Positions 9,739 through 21,973 of a DNA stretch of 64,000 nucleotides are shown here, in pieces. Position 1 is the stretch's first letter. Each line of letters begins with the position of its first letter. Below the pieces are notes generated by a model, which was given only the letters and a program-made list of their open reading frames with translations, did no database searches and had not been told where the DNA came from. A program made the position numbers and the translations under genes. Source of the stretch: an uncultured Planctomycetales bacterium (lineage in GTDB: Bacteria; Planctomycetota; SBBH01); contig CAYVXZ010000001.1 of assembly GCA_964455625.1 (NCBI GenBank), forward strand, positions 8,150 to 72,149. The letters run 5' to 3'.

Positions 9739-11102
9739 CCCGGTTCCGTCGAGGCCTCCTTCTCGCGCTCCTATCCGCCTGTCCTGGCTGTGCGCCGCCC
9801 GGCGGAAACCCCGCCATCGTCCTTTCCCGTCCGGCCCCGGCGCCCTCCCCTCCTGCGGCCGCGGCGCCCGCCGCCCAGGGCCCGCTGACGCTGGAGGACT
9901 GCCTCCGCATGGCCGAGTCCCGCAGCCGCCTCATCGCCATCGCCGACCGGCGCGTCCTGATCGCCGACGACCGCCTGGGGGAGGACCTGGGCGCCGTGCT
10001 GCCCAAGCTGACGGCCGAGGGCCGGTACGACGGGCGCGACAACGACCGCGGGACGCGGCTCCCCACGGGAAGCTTCGTCGCGGGGGAACGGGAGACCACC
10101 TCCCTGCGGCTGGGGCTCGTGGTGCCGATCTACGATTTCGGACGTTCCTCCTCCCAACGCGACGCCGACCGCTTCCGGATCGACGCGGCACGCCATGACG
10201 CCAGGCACGTGCGCGGGGAGGTCGCCTTCGCGGTCAGCCAAGCCTATTTCCGCCTCCTGGAGGCACTGAAGATCCGGGACGTCGTCGAGGGGTCGATCCA
10301 GATCCTGGAGCGTCAGATCGAGACGGCCCGGGACTTCCTGAAGCAGGGTCTCGTGGCGCGCTCTGACGTGCTGACGGCCGAGGTGCAGATGGCCGAGCGC
10401 CGCCAGGACCTCGTCCGGTCGCGGAACAACATCGACCTCGCCCGGGCGACCTTGAACCGCCTCCTCGGGCTCGACGTCGAGCATCCGACCGAGGTGGTCG
10501 ACATTCTGGAAGCGCCCCCGTTCTCGGGAAGCTTCGGCCCCCTCCTGGAGCTCGCCCGGCAGCGGCGTTCCGACGTGGCGGCGTTGCGCGCCCAGCTCCA
10601 GGCCGTCCAGTTGGAGTACCGGTCCGTCAGCCGGGGCAACCTCCCCTCCCTCTTCGGCACGGCGGGCTACAACCGATCCTCGGACGACACTCTCCTCAAC
10701 CGGGACTGGAGCGACGCCGCCATCGTCATGCAGGTCCCCCTCTTCGACGGTTTCGTCAACCGCCACCGCACGGAGAGGACGGGCCGGGAGGCCGCCGAAG
10801 CGAAGGACCTCATCGAGAACCGCCTCGACGACCTTTCCCTGGAGGTGAAGCAGGCGTGCCTGCTGATCTCGGAGGCGGTGGAGCAGGTGCCTGTGGCGCG
10901 CAAAGGCGTCGCACTCGGCACCGAGAACCTCCGCGTGGTCCGCGACCAGTACGGGGAGGGGCTGGTGACGAGCGCCGACGTGCTGGCGGAGGAGGACCGG
11001 CTGAGCCGCGCTCGCACGAGCTACTTCCGCGCCCTCTATGAGAGCCACGTGGCCTACACGCGTCTGGTCCACGTGATCGCCGGTCCGCCGGCAGAAAGGT
11101 GA
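9735..11102 (+). CDS. TolC-family outer membrane efflux protein
   Basis: Lipoprotein-like signal ('LLSACPGC'). Two TolC-like repeats. The start overlaps the TetR stop. Confidence 0.75.
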   Translation: MTRFRRGLLLALLSACPGCAPPGGNPAIVLSRPAPAPSPPAAAAPAAQGPLTLEDCLRMAESRSRLIAIADRRVLIADDRLGEDLGAVLPKLTAEGRYDGRDNDRGTRLPTGSFVAGERETTSLRLGLVVPIYDFGRSSSQRDADRFRIDAARHDARHVRGEVAFAVSQAYFRLLEALKIRDVVEGSIQILERQIETARDFLKQGLVARSDVLTAEVQMAERRQDLVRSRNNIDLARATLNRLLGLDVEHPTEVVDILEAPPFSGSFGPLLELARQRRSDVAALRAQLQAVQLEYRSVSRGNLPSLFGTAGYNRSSDDTLLNRDWSDAAIVMQVPLFDGFVNRHRTERTGREAAEAKDLIENRLDDLSLEVKQACLLISEAVEQVPVARKGVALGTENLRVVRDQYGEGLVTSADVLAEEDRLSRARTSYFRALYESHVAYTRLVHVIAGPPAER

Positions 11103-12183
11103 GGCGACCCGTGGGGAAGCTATCGATCGTCCTTCTGTCGGCATTGCTGGCCGGGATCCTTGCCGCGGGAAAGGGGCCAGCCGCGGCGGAGGGGACCCCG
11201 GCCAATCCCGGGCCCGCGGCGGGCGGGACGGAGGCGCCGAAGGGCCGCTGGGCCGAGGCCCGACGGGACACGCTCCGCCGGTACGCCTCCGCCGTGGGCA
11301 ACTTCCAGGCCCGGCGGACCACCCAGGTCGGCTCGGGGGTATCCGGACGGGTCCTGGAGGTCCTCGTGGACGTGGGGGACGTCGTCCGGGCGGGCCAGGA
11401 GCTGGTGAAGCTCGAGCCGGCACTCTTCGAGATCGAGGTCGCCCAGCGCCGTGCGGACCTTGAGTCGGCCGGGGTCGTCCTGGCGGAGGCGGAACTCAAC
11501 CACACGCGCATGAAGAACCTCTGGGAGAAGCCCGACGGGACCGAGCCCTCCATTCCCCGGAAGCTCTACGACGACGCCCGTTCCCGCCGGGAGGGGGCCC
11601 AGTCCCGCCTTGCGCAATCGAAGGCGGCCCTGGACTGGGCGCTGGAGCGCCTCAAGGAGACCGTGGTGCGCGCGCCCTACGATTCGGTGGTCACCCGCCG
11701 CATGGTCGATCCCGGGGAGCCCGTGACCTCGCCCCCGCTCACGCACCTCCTGGAGATCCAGGAGGTGGGCATCCTCGAATTGGAGTACGCCCTGCCCCAG
11801 GAGATGCTGTCGCGCGTGCGGGAAGGAGCCCCCGTCACGTTCGAGGCGGAGGGGGCTTCCGGCGCGAAAGGCGAGGGAAAGGTCGACATCGTCTACCCGG
11901 TCGTGGACCCCGCCACGCGCTCCTTCCGGTGCCGCACCCTGGTGCAAAACGCCGATCGCTGCTTCCGTCCCGGCATGCTCGCCGCCGTGCGCATCCTGGA
12001 GCTGGAAGCGAAGGATGCGCTCCTGGTTCCCCGCTCTGCCCTGCGACAGGCCGCCTCGGGCTGGCAGGTGCAGGTCCTCTCCGGGAACGCGATCGCGGCG
12101 AGGACGGTCAAGGTGGGCCTGATGACGGACGACCAGGCCGAAGTCCTGGAAGGCCTGGCGCCCGGAGAGAAGGTGGTCCTGCC

Positions 12184-12187
<4 letters not shown>
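11099..12187 (+). CDS. RND efflux membrane fusion protein (HlyD/AcrA family)
   Basis: Signal/TM at the N-terminus. A coiled-coil hairpin plus barrel-sandwich motifs. It is translationally coupled to the flanking genes. Confidence 0.8.
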
Positions 12188-15285
<3,098 letters not shown>

Positions 15286-15784
15286 ACGACCGCTGAGATA
15301 TGCAAGCTTTCAGGTGGTACCAGACATCCTCTTCGCACATGGGAAGTTATTTACGCGTGCCCTGTGAGCGATATTAAATGGAAGAAATTCTATCCACAGT
15401 CCGAATTGCATGGAGGTGGTCCGCCAGAGCTAGTTAAGTTGGACAATACATGCGCCCCCTGATGCCATTCAGCGGCCCTTCCAGCGGTTCGCGTTTGTCG
15501 GGGGACACCAGCCCCTCTTGATTGACGTCCTGCGTCATATTCTGACGCGAACTGACTTTCTGTCGGTCTGACCTGCTCCTACGCTTTCGGAAGGTCTTCC
15601 TGCAAGACGATGCCCTTCCCTGTGTCTTTGGCCCCTCGGGTTGGCTTGATATAGCTGTCCCCTCCCCTCGGACCCCACGGAAATACCTCTCCGTGCAAAG
15701 AACGGGTATCTCGAAGGTACATCGACACCCGCCTGATCGGGTCTGACCGTTTCGGACCCCCTCTCACCCCTTCCAGAAGCAGGT

Positions 15785-16117
15785 ATGTCCCTTGCGGTAT
15801 TACCAGCCATGGCCAAGGTCCGCTCCCTTTTGGGACAGGGGTTCAGGAAGTCCTTTTCGCTGGGCAAGGTCCTGGCGACTCCTGGCGCTCTGCAAGCCCT
15901 GGAGGATTCCGGTCAGGCCGCCATCGAATTCTTACGCAGACATTTGTCTCGCGACTGGGGCGAGGTCGACCCGGAAGATGCGGCCGCCAATGACCGTGGC
16001 TTGATCGAAGGCGGTCGACTGCTGTCAGCCTACAAGACCGCGAAAGGCGTCCGACTATGGGTCATCACTGAAGCCGATCGGTCGGCGACGACCCTACTTC
16101 TACCGGAGGACTACTGA
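15785..16117 (+). CDS. hypothetical protein (110 aa)
   Basis: An ORF in the low-GC cargo segment with no assignable domain. Confidence 0.4.
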   Translation: MSLAVLPAMAKVRSLLGQGFRKSFSLGKVLATPGALQALEDSGQAAIEFLRRHLSRDWGEVDPEDAAANDRGLIEGGRLLSAYKTAKGVRLWVITEADRSATTLLLPEDY

Positions 16118-16269
16118 TGAAATCGGGCGATGCGACAGCGCTGAAAGCGCTCCACGAGATCCTGACCATCCTGGATTCCCATACCTGTCCTGGACCTGAC
16201 GAGGTCGACCAGATTGAGAAGCTCGTCCGGAAGGCGATCTGCTCCATCGATCAGGATGTGAAGTGGTGA
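16117..16269 (+). CDS. small hypothetical protein (50 aa)
   Basis: ATG at 16117 overlaps the preceding stop (TGATG). The ORF is not in the track because it is below 60 aa. Confidence 0.25.
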   Translation: MKSGDATALKALHEILTILDSHTCPGPDEVDQIEKLVRKAICSIDQDVKW

Positions 16270-16571
16270 AGTCATCAATCGAGATGGACAGGTCGGACCT
16301 GGCCACGTTCCTGGGAGCCCTTATTGCCAAACTCCATGCAGACAGCTGGGCTCTGACCGGCCTCGCCGAGTCCCACTTCCAATCAGGCCGGGACTACGAC
16401 GCCATGCACTCATTGGCCGGCTCCATGGGAAAGACGGCCGCCTTAGTGGCCGGGGTAAAGACCCACCTCTGTCGTGACTGCCAGCTCATGGGGATCTCCG
16501 AGCATGTCGTCCTGACCCCAAAAGAGACTGCCCCTCGAAAGCGCCCAAAACACAGGAAGGTCGCCAGATGA
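16263..16571 (+). CDS. hypothetical protein (102 aa)
   Basis: The ORF overlaps the previous stop and has no domain assignment. Confidence 0.35.
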   Translation: MVKSSIEMDRSDLATFLGALIAKLHADSWALTGLAESHFQSGRDYDAMHSLAGSMGKTAALVAGVKTHLCRDCQLMGISEHVVLTPKETAPRKRPKHRKVAR

Positions 16572-16582
16572 GGCTGGAAGGA

Positions 16583-16813
16583 CTACAGCCCTTCAAGGAG
16601 CTGTTTTGGCGGGCATCCCAAGGCCCGAGCCAGGGCAACAATCGTCTTGAGGGAAGGGTTTCGCTCAGCTCGTTCGATCATACCGATGAAGCGCGGATGA
16701 AGCCCTGCTCGATGGGCCAGTTCTTCCTGACTCCAATTTGCATTTTCGCGGTACTGGTAGATCGTCGCTCCGAACGCCTGGACAAGGGGGTCCTTCTTTT
16801 TCCGTGAAGGCAC
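16583..16813 (-). CDS. XRE-family (Cro/CI-type) helix-turn-helix transcriptional regulator
   Basis: 'QAFGATIYQYRENANWSQEELAHRAGLHPRFIGMIERAERNPSLKTIVALARALG' is a canonical HTH_XRE motif. Confidence 0.8.
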   Translation of the reverse strand: MPSRKKKDPLVQAFGATIYQYRENANWSQEELAHRAGLHPRFIGMIERAERNPSLKTIVALARALGCPPKQLLEGL

Positions 16814-16828
16814 ATATGAAAGCTAGAA

Positions 16829-17416
16829 ATGAAATACGATTGTAGACAGGTACAGTTGTATGTATTTACCATCCGGGTGGGAGGGAGAGCCGTTATGAGC
16901 CAGTGTCAGCCCGAACGCAACTTCGTCAGCACCTACCTCCGCCGATGCGAGGCGTACGACTTCATCGTCGAAGACCTCCCGCTCTTTCCGGAGCGCGGCC
17001 TGTGGGACACGATCGACCTGGCTGGATTCGACCTCATGAAGGGCCGCGGGGTCCTCTGCGAGGTCCTCCCCCTCCCACCGGGAAACGTCATCGGAGAACC
17101 TGATCGCCAAACCATCCAGAGGCTCGAAAAGAAGCTGGTCCATGCGTACAGGTTCGTGAGGGAGCGGATGGTGGTCCTGAAGCGGGGCATCCGCTTCCAG
17201 GTCTGGTCCCCCAGTCTTTCCGCTCCACTGAAGAGGGACCTCCAGAGGATTGCTAAGAAGGCTCATCTCCCCGTGGATGTGATCACGGACGAGGCGTATG
17301 CCGCTCGGGTCGATCAACTCCTCAAGAAAGCCAAGCAGGATAGGACGCTTTGGGGCGAGCCTTTCTATCGGCTGATGCGGATCGCTCAACACGCCGGCAA
17401 AAGCATGCGGAGGTGA
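16829..17416 (+). CDS. hypothetical protein
   Basis: An ORF of 195 aa (alternative start at the Met near 16895). It is divergent from the XRE regulator. No domain is recognised. Confidence 0.4.
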   Translation: MKYDCRQVQLYVFTIRVGGRAVMSQCQPERNFVSTYLRRCEAYDFIVEDLPLFPERGLWDTIDLAGFDLMKGRGVLCEVLPLPPGNVIGEPDRQTIQRLEKKLVHAYRFVRERMVVLKRGIRFQVWSPSLSAPLKRDLQRIAKKAHLPVDVITDEAYAARVDQLLKKAKQDRTLWGEPFYRLMRIAQHAGKSMRR

Positions 17417-17425
17417 CATGATCGG

Positions 17426-17758
17426 ATGGTCCTGGAAGGAGAGCACATGCAAAGCAGAATGATGGGGACGGTCTTACTGGCTTTCCTGACAGCAGGTTGC
17501 AACGAGCAGGAAAAGCTTCAGAAAGAAAACGCCTCTCTCGAAACACAAACCCAGAAGCTGGAATCGGAAATCGCGCAGCTCAAGGATATTCCGGGATGGC
17601 ACTTCTATATGGGAGTGGACGCCATGAATCGGAAAGACTGCCAAGTGGCTAAGAACGAATTCGATTGGGTGGTGTCGAAGACCAATGGTTTACTCAAGTC
17701 AGAAGCCAATGACCTCTGGTATGAGTTGGCAAGGCCGGAAGGGGGATCTCAACGATGA
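17426..17758 (+). CDS. lipoprotein with coiled-coil segment
   Basis: Lipobox 'LTAGC' after a hydrophobic signal. A heptad-rich region follows. Confidence 0.5.
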   Translation: MVLEGEHMQSRMMGTVLLAFLTAGCNEQEKLQKENASLETQTQKLESEIAQLKDIPGWHFYMGVDAMNRKDCQVAKNEFDWVVSKTNGLLKSEANDLWYELARPEGGSQR

Positions 17759-18513
17759 AATGCATAGTTGCGGGTGTGGCCCCCCTGATGATGGGGCTTC
17801 TGCTGGTCGGATGCGGTGATGAGAAAGAATTGGACCATCTCAAGGCTCGGAATTCCGAATTGGCAAGCAGGGTATCAGACCTCGAAAAAGAACTCTCAAA
17901 ACTGAAGGAAGCCGAAAGCTTTCAAGGCGCGCTTTTAGCACTCGATCGGCAAGACCATGACGTCGCGCTCATGTATCTCAAAAGTGTTGTCACTAATCAG
18001 AGAAGCCCGCTGGCACCATTCGCGAACCGGTATTTAAAACAAGTTGAATCCACCATTGAGGCAAGGCGTCAGGAGCAAGCGCGAAAAGAAAAGGAGAAAA
18101 AGCGGAGGACACAGGTCCTGGAAATCAATCGTCAATACGAGGCCGCCCTATTGTCCGGCGACAAACAGAAGATTTCCCTGCTGAGACCAAAATGGGAAGC
18201 GTTCCATCCGACTGCGAGAAAGGTCAGTGAAGATTTTGGGCGAGGCAAGGAGAAAGGACAGGCGTGTGCCAGATCCGGCACGGGAAGCCTTGGCCAGATC
18301 GGAGCTTTTCCAAACCACCTAGTGGATAACCTCGTCGACAAGATGTACGACCAAATGTCCGGTGGATTCGGATTTCGTGGAGAATCACAGGATTTTAGGC
18401 TTGGTTGGAAATGCGGTTTTATGGAAGCAAATGGTATCGGCGGTGAACCTTACAGGCGACTTCTGGAAAAGATTGCAGATCGAACCAGTGAAGCAATCAA
18501 GCAAGATGAATAA
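17755..18513 (+). CDS. lipoprotein with coiled-coil and K/E-rich region
   Basis: Signal plus lipobox 'LLLVGCG'. It overlaps the previous stop. Confidence 0.5.
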   Translation: MKCIVAGVAPLMMGLLLVGCGDEKELDHLKARNSELASRVSDLEKELSKLKEAESFQGALLALDRQDHDVALMYLKSVVTNQRSPLAPFANRYLKQVESTIEARRQEQARKEKEKKRRTQVLEINRQYEAALLSGDKQKISLLRPKWEAFHPTARKVSEDFGRGKEKGQACARSGTGSLGQIGAFPNHLVDNLVDKMYDQMSGGFGFRGESQDFRLGWKCGFMEANGIGGEPYRRLLEKIADRTSEAIKQDE

Positions 18514-18518
18514 GCCTG

Positions 18519-19220
18519 ATGCTGGCCGCTGCGTACGACCTGGTCATGATCCTGGACGGGCTGACCCCCGCTGAGAGGGACCTTGGTGGGATCTCCCGTT
18601 CCTTGGCCCGCTTCCTGTCCCAGCGGGGCGTCGACCAGGTATGGGCTCATGCCGGATCGGATGACCCGGAAGAGATCCGAAAGTCGCTACTCGACACTTT
18701 GGAAACCTGCCGGAGAAACGCCGTGGATGGGGAGAGATTTCCAGTCCATTTGGTCTGTCGGAGAAATCAGGAGGGAGTGATTTGCGGGAGTGGCCGTAGG
18801 GCAGGTCTCCTGACCTGGGATGAGCTATCGAAGCGGCTCGAAGTCATCAACCGGGCCATGAATGGCGCCCTCCTCGTCAACATCTCCTCCTGTCGTGGGA
18901 TGCAGGAAGTCGCCTCTTTCCGGCCTCCTCCTCTCAAGAGGCCGTCCTACGCCATGGTGGGGTTTCTGGAATCAGTTCCCGCCGGGGTCAACCGCAGAGC
19001 GAACGAACTCTTCTATGGACAGCTGATAGAGGGCTCGACGGTCCAGGGGGCAGTCAGGACCGTCAACCGGCAGATGGGCAGGAAGATCCTTTATTCGACT
19101 GTCCCGACAGACCGCCGAAAACTGTCCAGGGGCCTCTGGGACCGGCATCCGGGGCTCCGGGTTGCAGGGTCCTCCATATACCCATGCCCAATTTCCGGCC
19201 AGTCCCCGCACGAAAAATAA
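18519..19220 (+). CDS. hypothetical protein, possible caspase/CHAT-like (clan CD) fold
   Basis: A His-Gly segment ('VHLVCRRNQEGVICGSG') is followed by 'LLVNISSCRG', reminiscent of the caspase QACRG catalytic Cys motif. Weak; inference only. Confidence 0.35.
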   Translation: MLAAAYDLVMILDGLTPAERDLGGISRSLARFLSQRGVDQVWAHAGSDDPEEIRKSLLDTLETCRRNAVDGERFPVHLVCRRNQEGVICGSGRRAGLLTWDELSKRLEVINRAMNGALLVNISSCRGMQEVASFRPPPLKRPSYAMVGFLESVPAGVNRRANELFYGQLIEGSTVQGAVRTVNRQMGRKILYSTVPTDRRKLSRGLWDRHPGLRVAGSSIYPCPISGQSPHEK

Positions 19221-19831
19221 AAGATTCTTCTCGCCGCCTATCCAGGGGTAAGTCCCCATCCGATCAGAAATATCTTCCTCTCAAGGTACCCGACGTATTT
19301 CTGGCACCCATGTCTCCAATCGCATCAAATCTCGAATATCCCCTGCCAGTTATTCTGGAAAGTAAACGTGTGGGCATAGCCGCCAGCCGATCACGCAAGA
19401 TGAACTCCAGAACCCGATTCGGACCCATCGAGATCCCCCTCCGATCCATCCTATTGGTCGAGGCGTCAGACGATTCCACGACAGCATGGGTCAAGAATCT
19501 GGCGATCCGGGAAGCCACCAGAGGCAGACGGGTCGTCTGGGTCTCCCTCCGGGAATCCGCCGATGCCCTACAGCCGCTCGCGGAGAAGGGGGTGACCATC
19601 GTCGACATCGGCCGGATCGACGAGGCGACCTTCTTCCAGTTGATCCGGCTCAAAGGGAAGACTGACCGAATCCTCTTCGTAGACGGCCTGGACTTGGTCA
19701 GAGACAAAGGTCAGATAGACCCTGACCTGGCGGTAGAGACAGCCGTGGGGATTCTCATGAACCAGGCCAAGAGATACCCATTCACAGCCGTGGCCACCTA
19801 CCAGCAGGAACCAGCCCTCGATACTATCTGA
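19184..19831 (+). CDS. hypothetical protein, possibly degenerate RecA/KaiC-like fold
   Basis: 'RRVVWVSLRESADAL...ILFVDGLDLV' resembles RecA-superfamily strands without an intact Walker A. Inference. Confidence 0.3.
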   Translation: MPNFRPVPARKIKDSSRRLSRGKSPSDQKYLPLKVPDVFLAPMSPIASNLEYPLPVILESKRVGIAASRSRKMNSRTRFGPIEIPLRSILLVEASDDSTTAWVKNLAIREATRGRRVVWVSLRESADALQPLAEKGVTIVDIGRIDEATFFQLIRLKGKTDRILFVDGLDLVRDKGQIDPDLAVETAVGILMNQAKRYPFTAVATYQQEPALDTI

Positions 19832-19928
19832 CCGTCAAGCGGACCCCTCCCCCTCCGAAAGGGTATCGGGCAACTTCCGATAAGGTTGGTGCCTATCTTG
19901 AAAGAACTGTTATTTTGTCCTGCAGGAC

Positions 19929-21158
19929 TTGGGTGCTTGCAACGAGGAGATGGGTATGACTGAAGCCACGCGCTCATATGGCGACCGTGCGGACCAGGTC
20001 CACCAGTTCTTCGAGAAGAAGCGAGAGTGGTCCAAGATCAAGGACAGGATAGTTGGGTCCTACATTTCCTGTTACCTGAAGACGGTTCAGCATCGTGGTC
20101 GTCCCATCATCATTGTGGATGCCTTTTGCGGCCCTGGGCGTTTCGGCGACGGTAATGATGGATCGCCAGTGATCATTTGTGACACGATCGCCAAGATGAA
20201 CGCCGGCGTTGGCATTGGGTGCTTGTTCGCCGATTCACATCAAAAACATCGTGACGAGCTTGAAGCTTGCCTGGCTGAACACATGAAAACCGGAATTGCA
20301 GGGAAGCCTCTGTCGGATTTCTCAGAGGCTCTTTCACAAGCATTAACAGTAGGTAGAGGCTCAACCTTGTTCTTCTACCTGGACCCATATGGCATCAAAG
20401 ATTTGGATTTCGAGGTCGTGAAACAAATCTACGAGCGGGACACCGCCCAAAGCACTGAGGTTCTGATTAATTTCAATTTCAAAGCCTTCATGAGAATGAG
20501 CGGGAACTGGTCCTACGCTGATTCAGTCGACGAAGTGGCCCGGAAGGTGAAGGAATCGAAAATCGAAAAAGTTAACAGCGTCATGGGCGGCGACTACTGG
20601 TTGGCAATCGTCACCAACCCAGCTCTGAACAAGATTCAGCGAGAAGACGCGGTAGTGGACGCGTATATGGGGCAAGTCAGAAAATACTTCAAGTACACCT
20701 ACTCGATTCCTGTGAAGGAAATGGATGAGGGTGATCGGGACGTTCCGGCTGACGACCTAGCAAAGTATCACCTGATTTTCGGCACGCGCAGTCGCAGAGC
20801 AGTTCTGTACATGAACGATGTGGCCGGCAACGCGTTGGAGCCGTACTTCAAACAGTTCAAAGACGGTCTCCTTTTCGAGATGACTCCGGAAAGGTACGCA
20901 GCAGCCTCGAGGGAGGCAGTGAAGGCTGAAATCCTGAAGGTGCTTGCCAGTGGTCCTATGAAAAGGAAAGAAATCTACGAAGCCGTGGTCCCGGGTTTTT
21001 TTCTGCACTACCGCTCAAAACATTACCGAGCCATGATTGACGAAATGGTCTTCAGTGAGGGACAGCTATTTGCCGATCCAAAGACGATGAAGCGAAAAAA
21101 CCAGCTTAACGAAACGACGCGCCTCGCGACGAAACCTTGGCCAGCTGGCCAGCGCTAA
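19929..21158 (+). CDS. three-Cys-motif partner protein TcmP-like
   Basis: About 400 aa. It lies directly upstream of, and is translationally coupled (TAATG) to, a Gp37/Gp68 three-Cys protein, which is the characteristic TcmP arrangement. Assignment is by context and length. Confidence 0.5.
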   Translation: MGACNEEMGMTEATRSYGDRADQVHQFFEKKREWSKIKDRIVGSYISCYLKTVQHRGRPIIIVDAFCGPGRFGDGNDGSPVIICDTIAKMNAGVGIGCLFADSHQKHRDELEACLAEHMKTGIAGKPLSDFSEALSQALTVGRGSTLFFYLDPYGIKDLDFEVVKQIYERDTAQSTEVLINFNFKAFMRMSGNWSYADSVDEVARKVKESKIEKVNSVMGGDYWLAIVTNPALNKIQREDAVVDAYMGQVRKYFKYTYSIPVKEMDEGDRDVPADDLAKYHLIFGTRSRRAVLYMNDVAGNALEPYFKQFKDGLLFEMTPERYAAASREAVKAEILKVLASGPMKRKEIYEAVVPGFFLHYRSKHYRAMIDEMVFSEGQLFADPKTMKRKNQLNETTRLATKPWPAGQR

Positions 21159-21883
21159 TGAGCGCCACGTCAACCATAGAGTGGACCAACGCAACCTGGA
21201 ATCCGGTCACAGGTTGCACAAAGATCAGTCCTGGGTGCAAGCATTGCTACGCTGAAGTTTTTGCGGAGCGTTGGCGAGGGATCTCCGGGCATCATTTCGA
21301 GCAGGGATTTGACCTCCGGCTTTGGTTTAAGCGGCTAGAGCTCCCGCTTACCTGGAAAACGCCGCGAACCATTTTCGTGAACAGCATGAGCGACCTCCTT
21401 CATGAGAAGGTGCCCACTTCATTTATTCGGAGGGTATTCCAGACCATGGAGCAGGCATCGTGGCACACGTTCCAGGTTCTGACCAAGCGCTCGGAAAGGC
21501 TGGCAGAACTGGCACCAACCCTAGACTGGCCATCCAATGTGTGGATGGGGGTGTCCATTGAAAGCGCTGATTATCTGTGGCGAGCCGATCACCTTCGTGA
21601 AGTGCCTGCTGCGGTGAGATTCTTGTCCTTGGAGCCTTTGCTGGGACCTCTGGGAGTCATAGATCTGACAGACATTGATTGGGTCATCGTGGGCGGGGAG
21701 AGCGGTCCTGGTGCTAGACCTATGGAGGCCGACTGGGTTAGGGACATCAGCAAGCAGTGCCGGAGAGAAAATGTCTCATTCTTCTTTAAGCAGTGGGGCG
21801 GCGTACAAAAGAAGCGGACAGGAAGGACTCTCGATGGGCGTACGTGGGATGGCATGCCAAAGGGTCATCTTCTGGGAGTCTGA
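21158..21883 (+). CDS. phage Gp37/Gp68 family (DUF5131) three-Cys-motif protein
   Basis: N-terminal 'IEWTNATWNPVTGCTKISPGCKHCYAE' carries the C-x6-C-x2-C motif typical of the family. ATG at 21158 overlaps the upstream stop. Confidence 0.7.
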   Translation: MSATSTIEWTNATWNPVTGCTKISPGCKHCYAEVFAERWRGISGHHFEQGFDLRLWFKRLELPLTWKTPRTIFVNSMSDLLHEKVPTSFIRRVFQTMEQASWHTFQVLTKRSERLAELAPTLDWPSNVWMGVSIESADYLWRADHLREVPAAVRFLSLEPLLGPLGVIDLTDIDWVIVGGESGPGARPMEADWVRDISKQCRRENVSFFFKQWGGVQKKRTGRTLDGRTWDGMPKGHLLGV

Positions 21884-21973
21884 CCGGACCCCCCGGAACT
21901 AAACCATTCTTTTCGAAATCCAGCAAAACGTCTGAATGTCCACATCTCCCTTGGGAGCTGATATGGGGAACGT

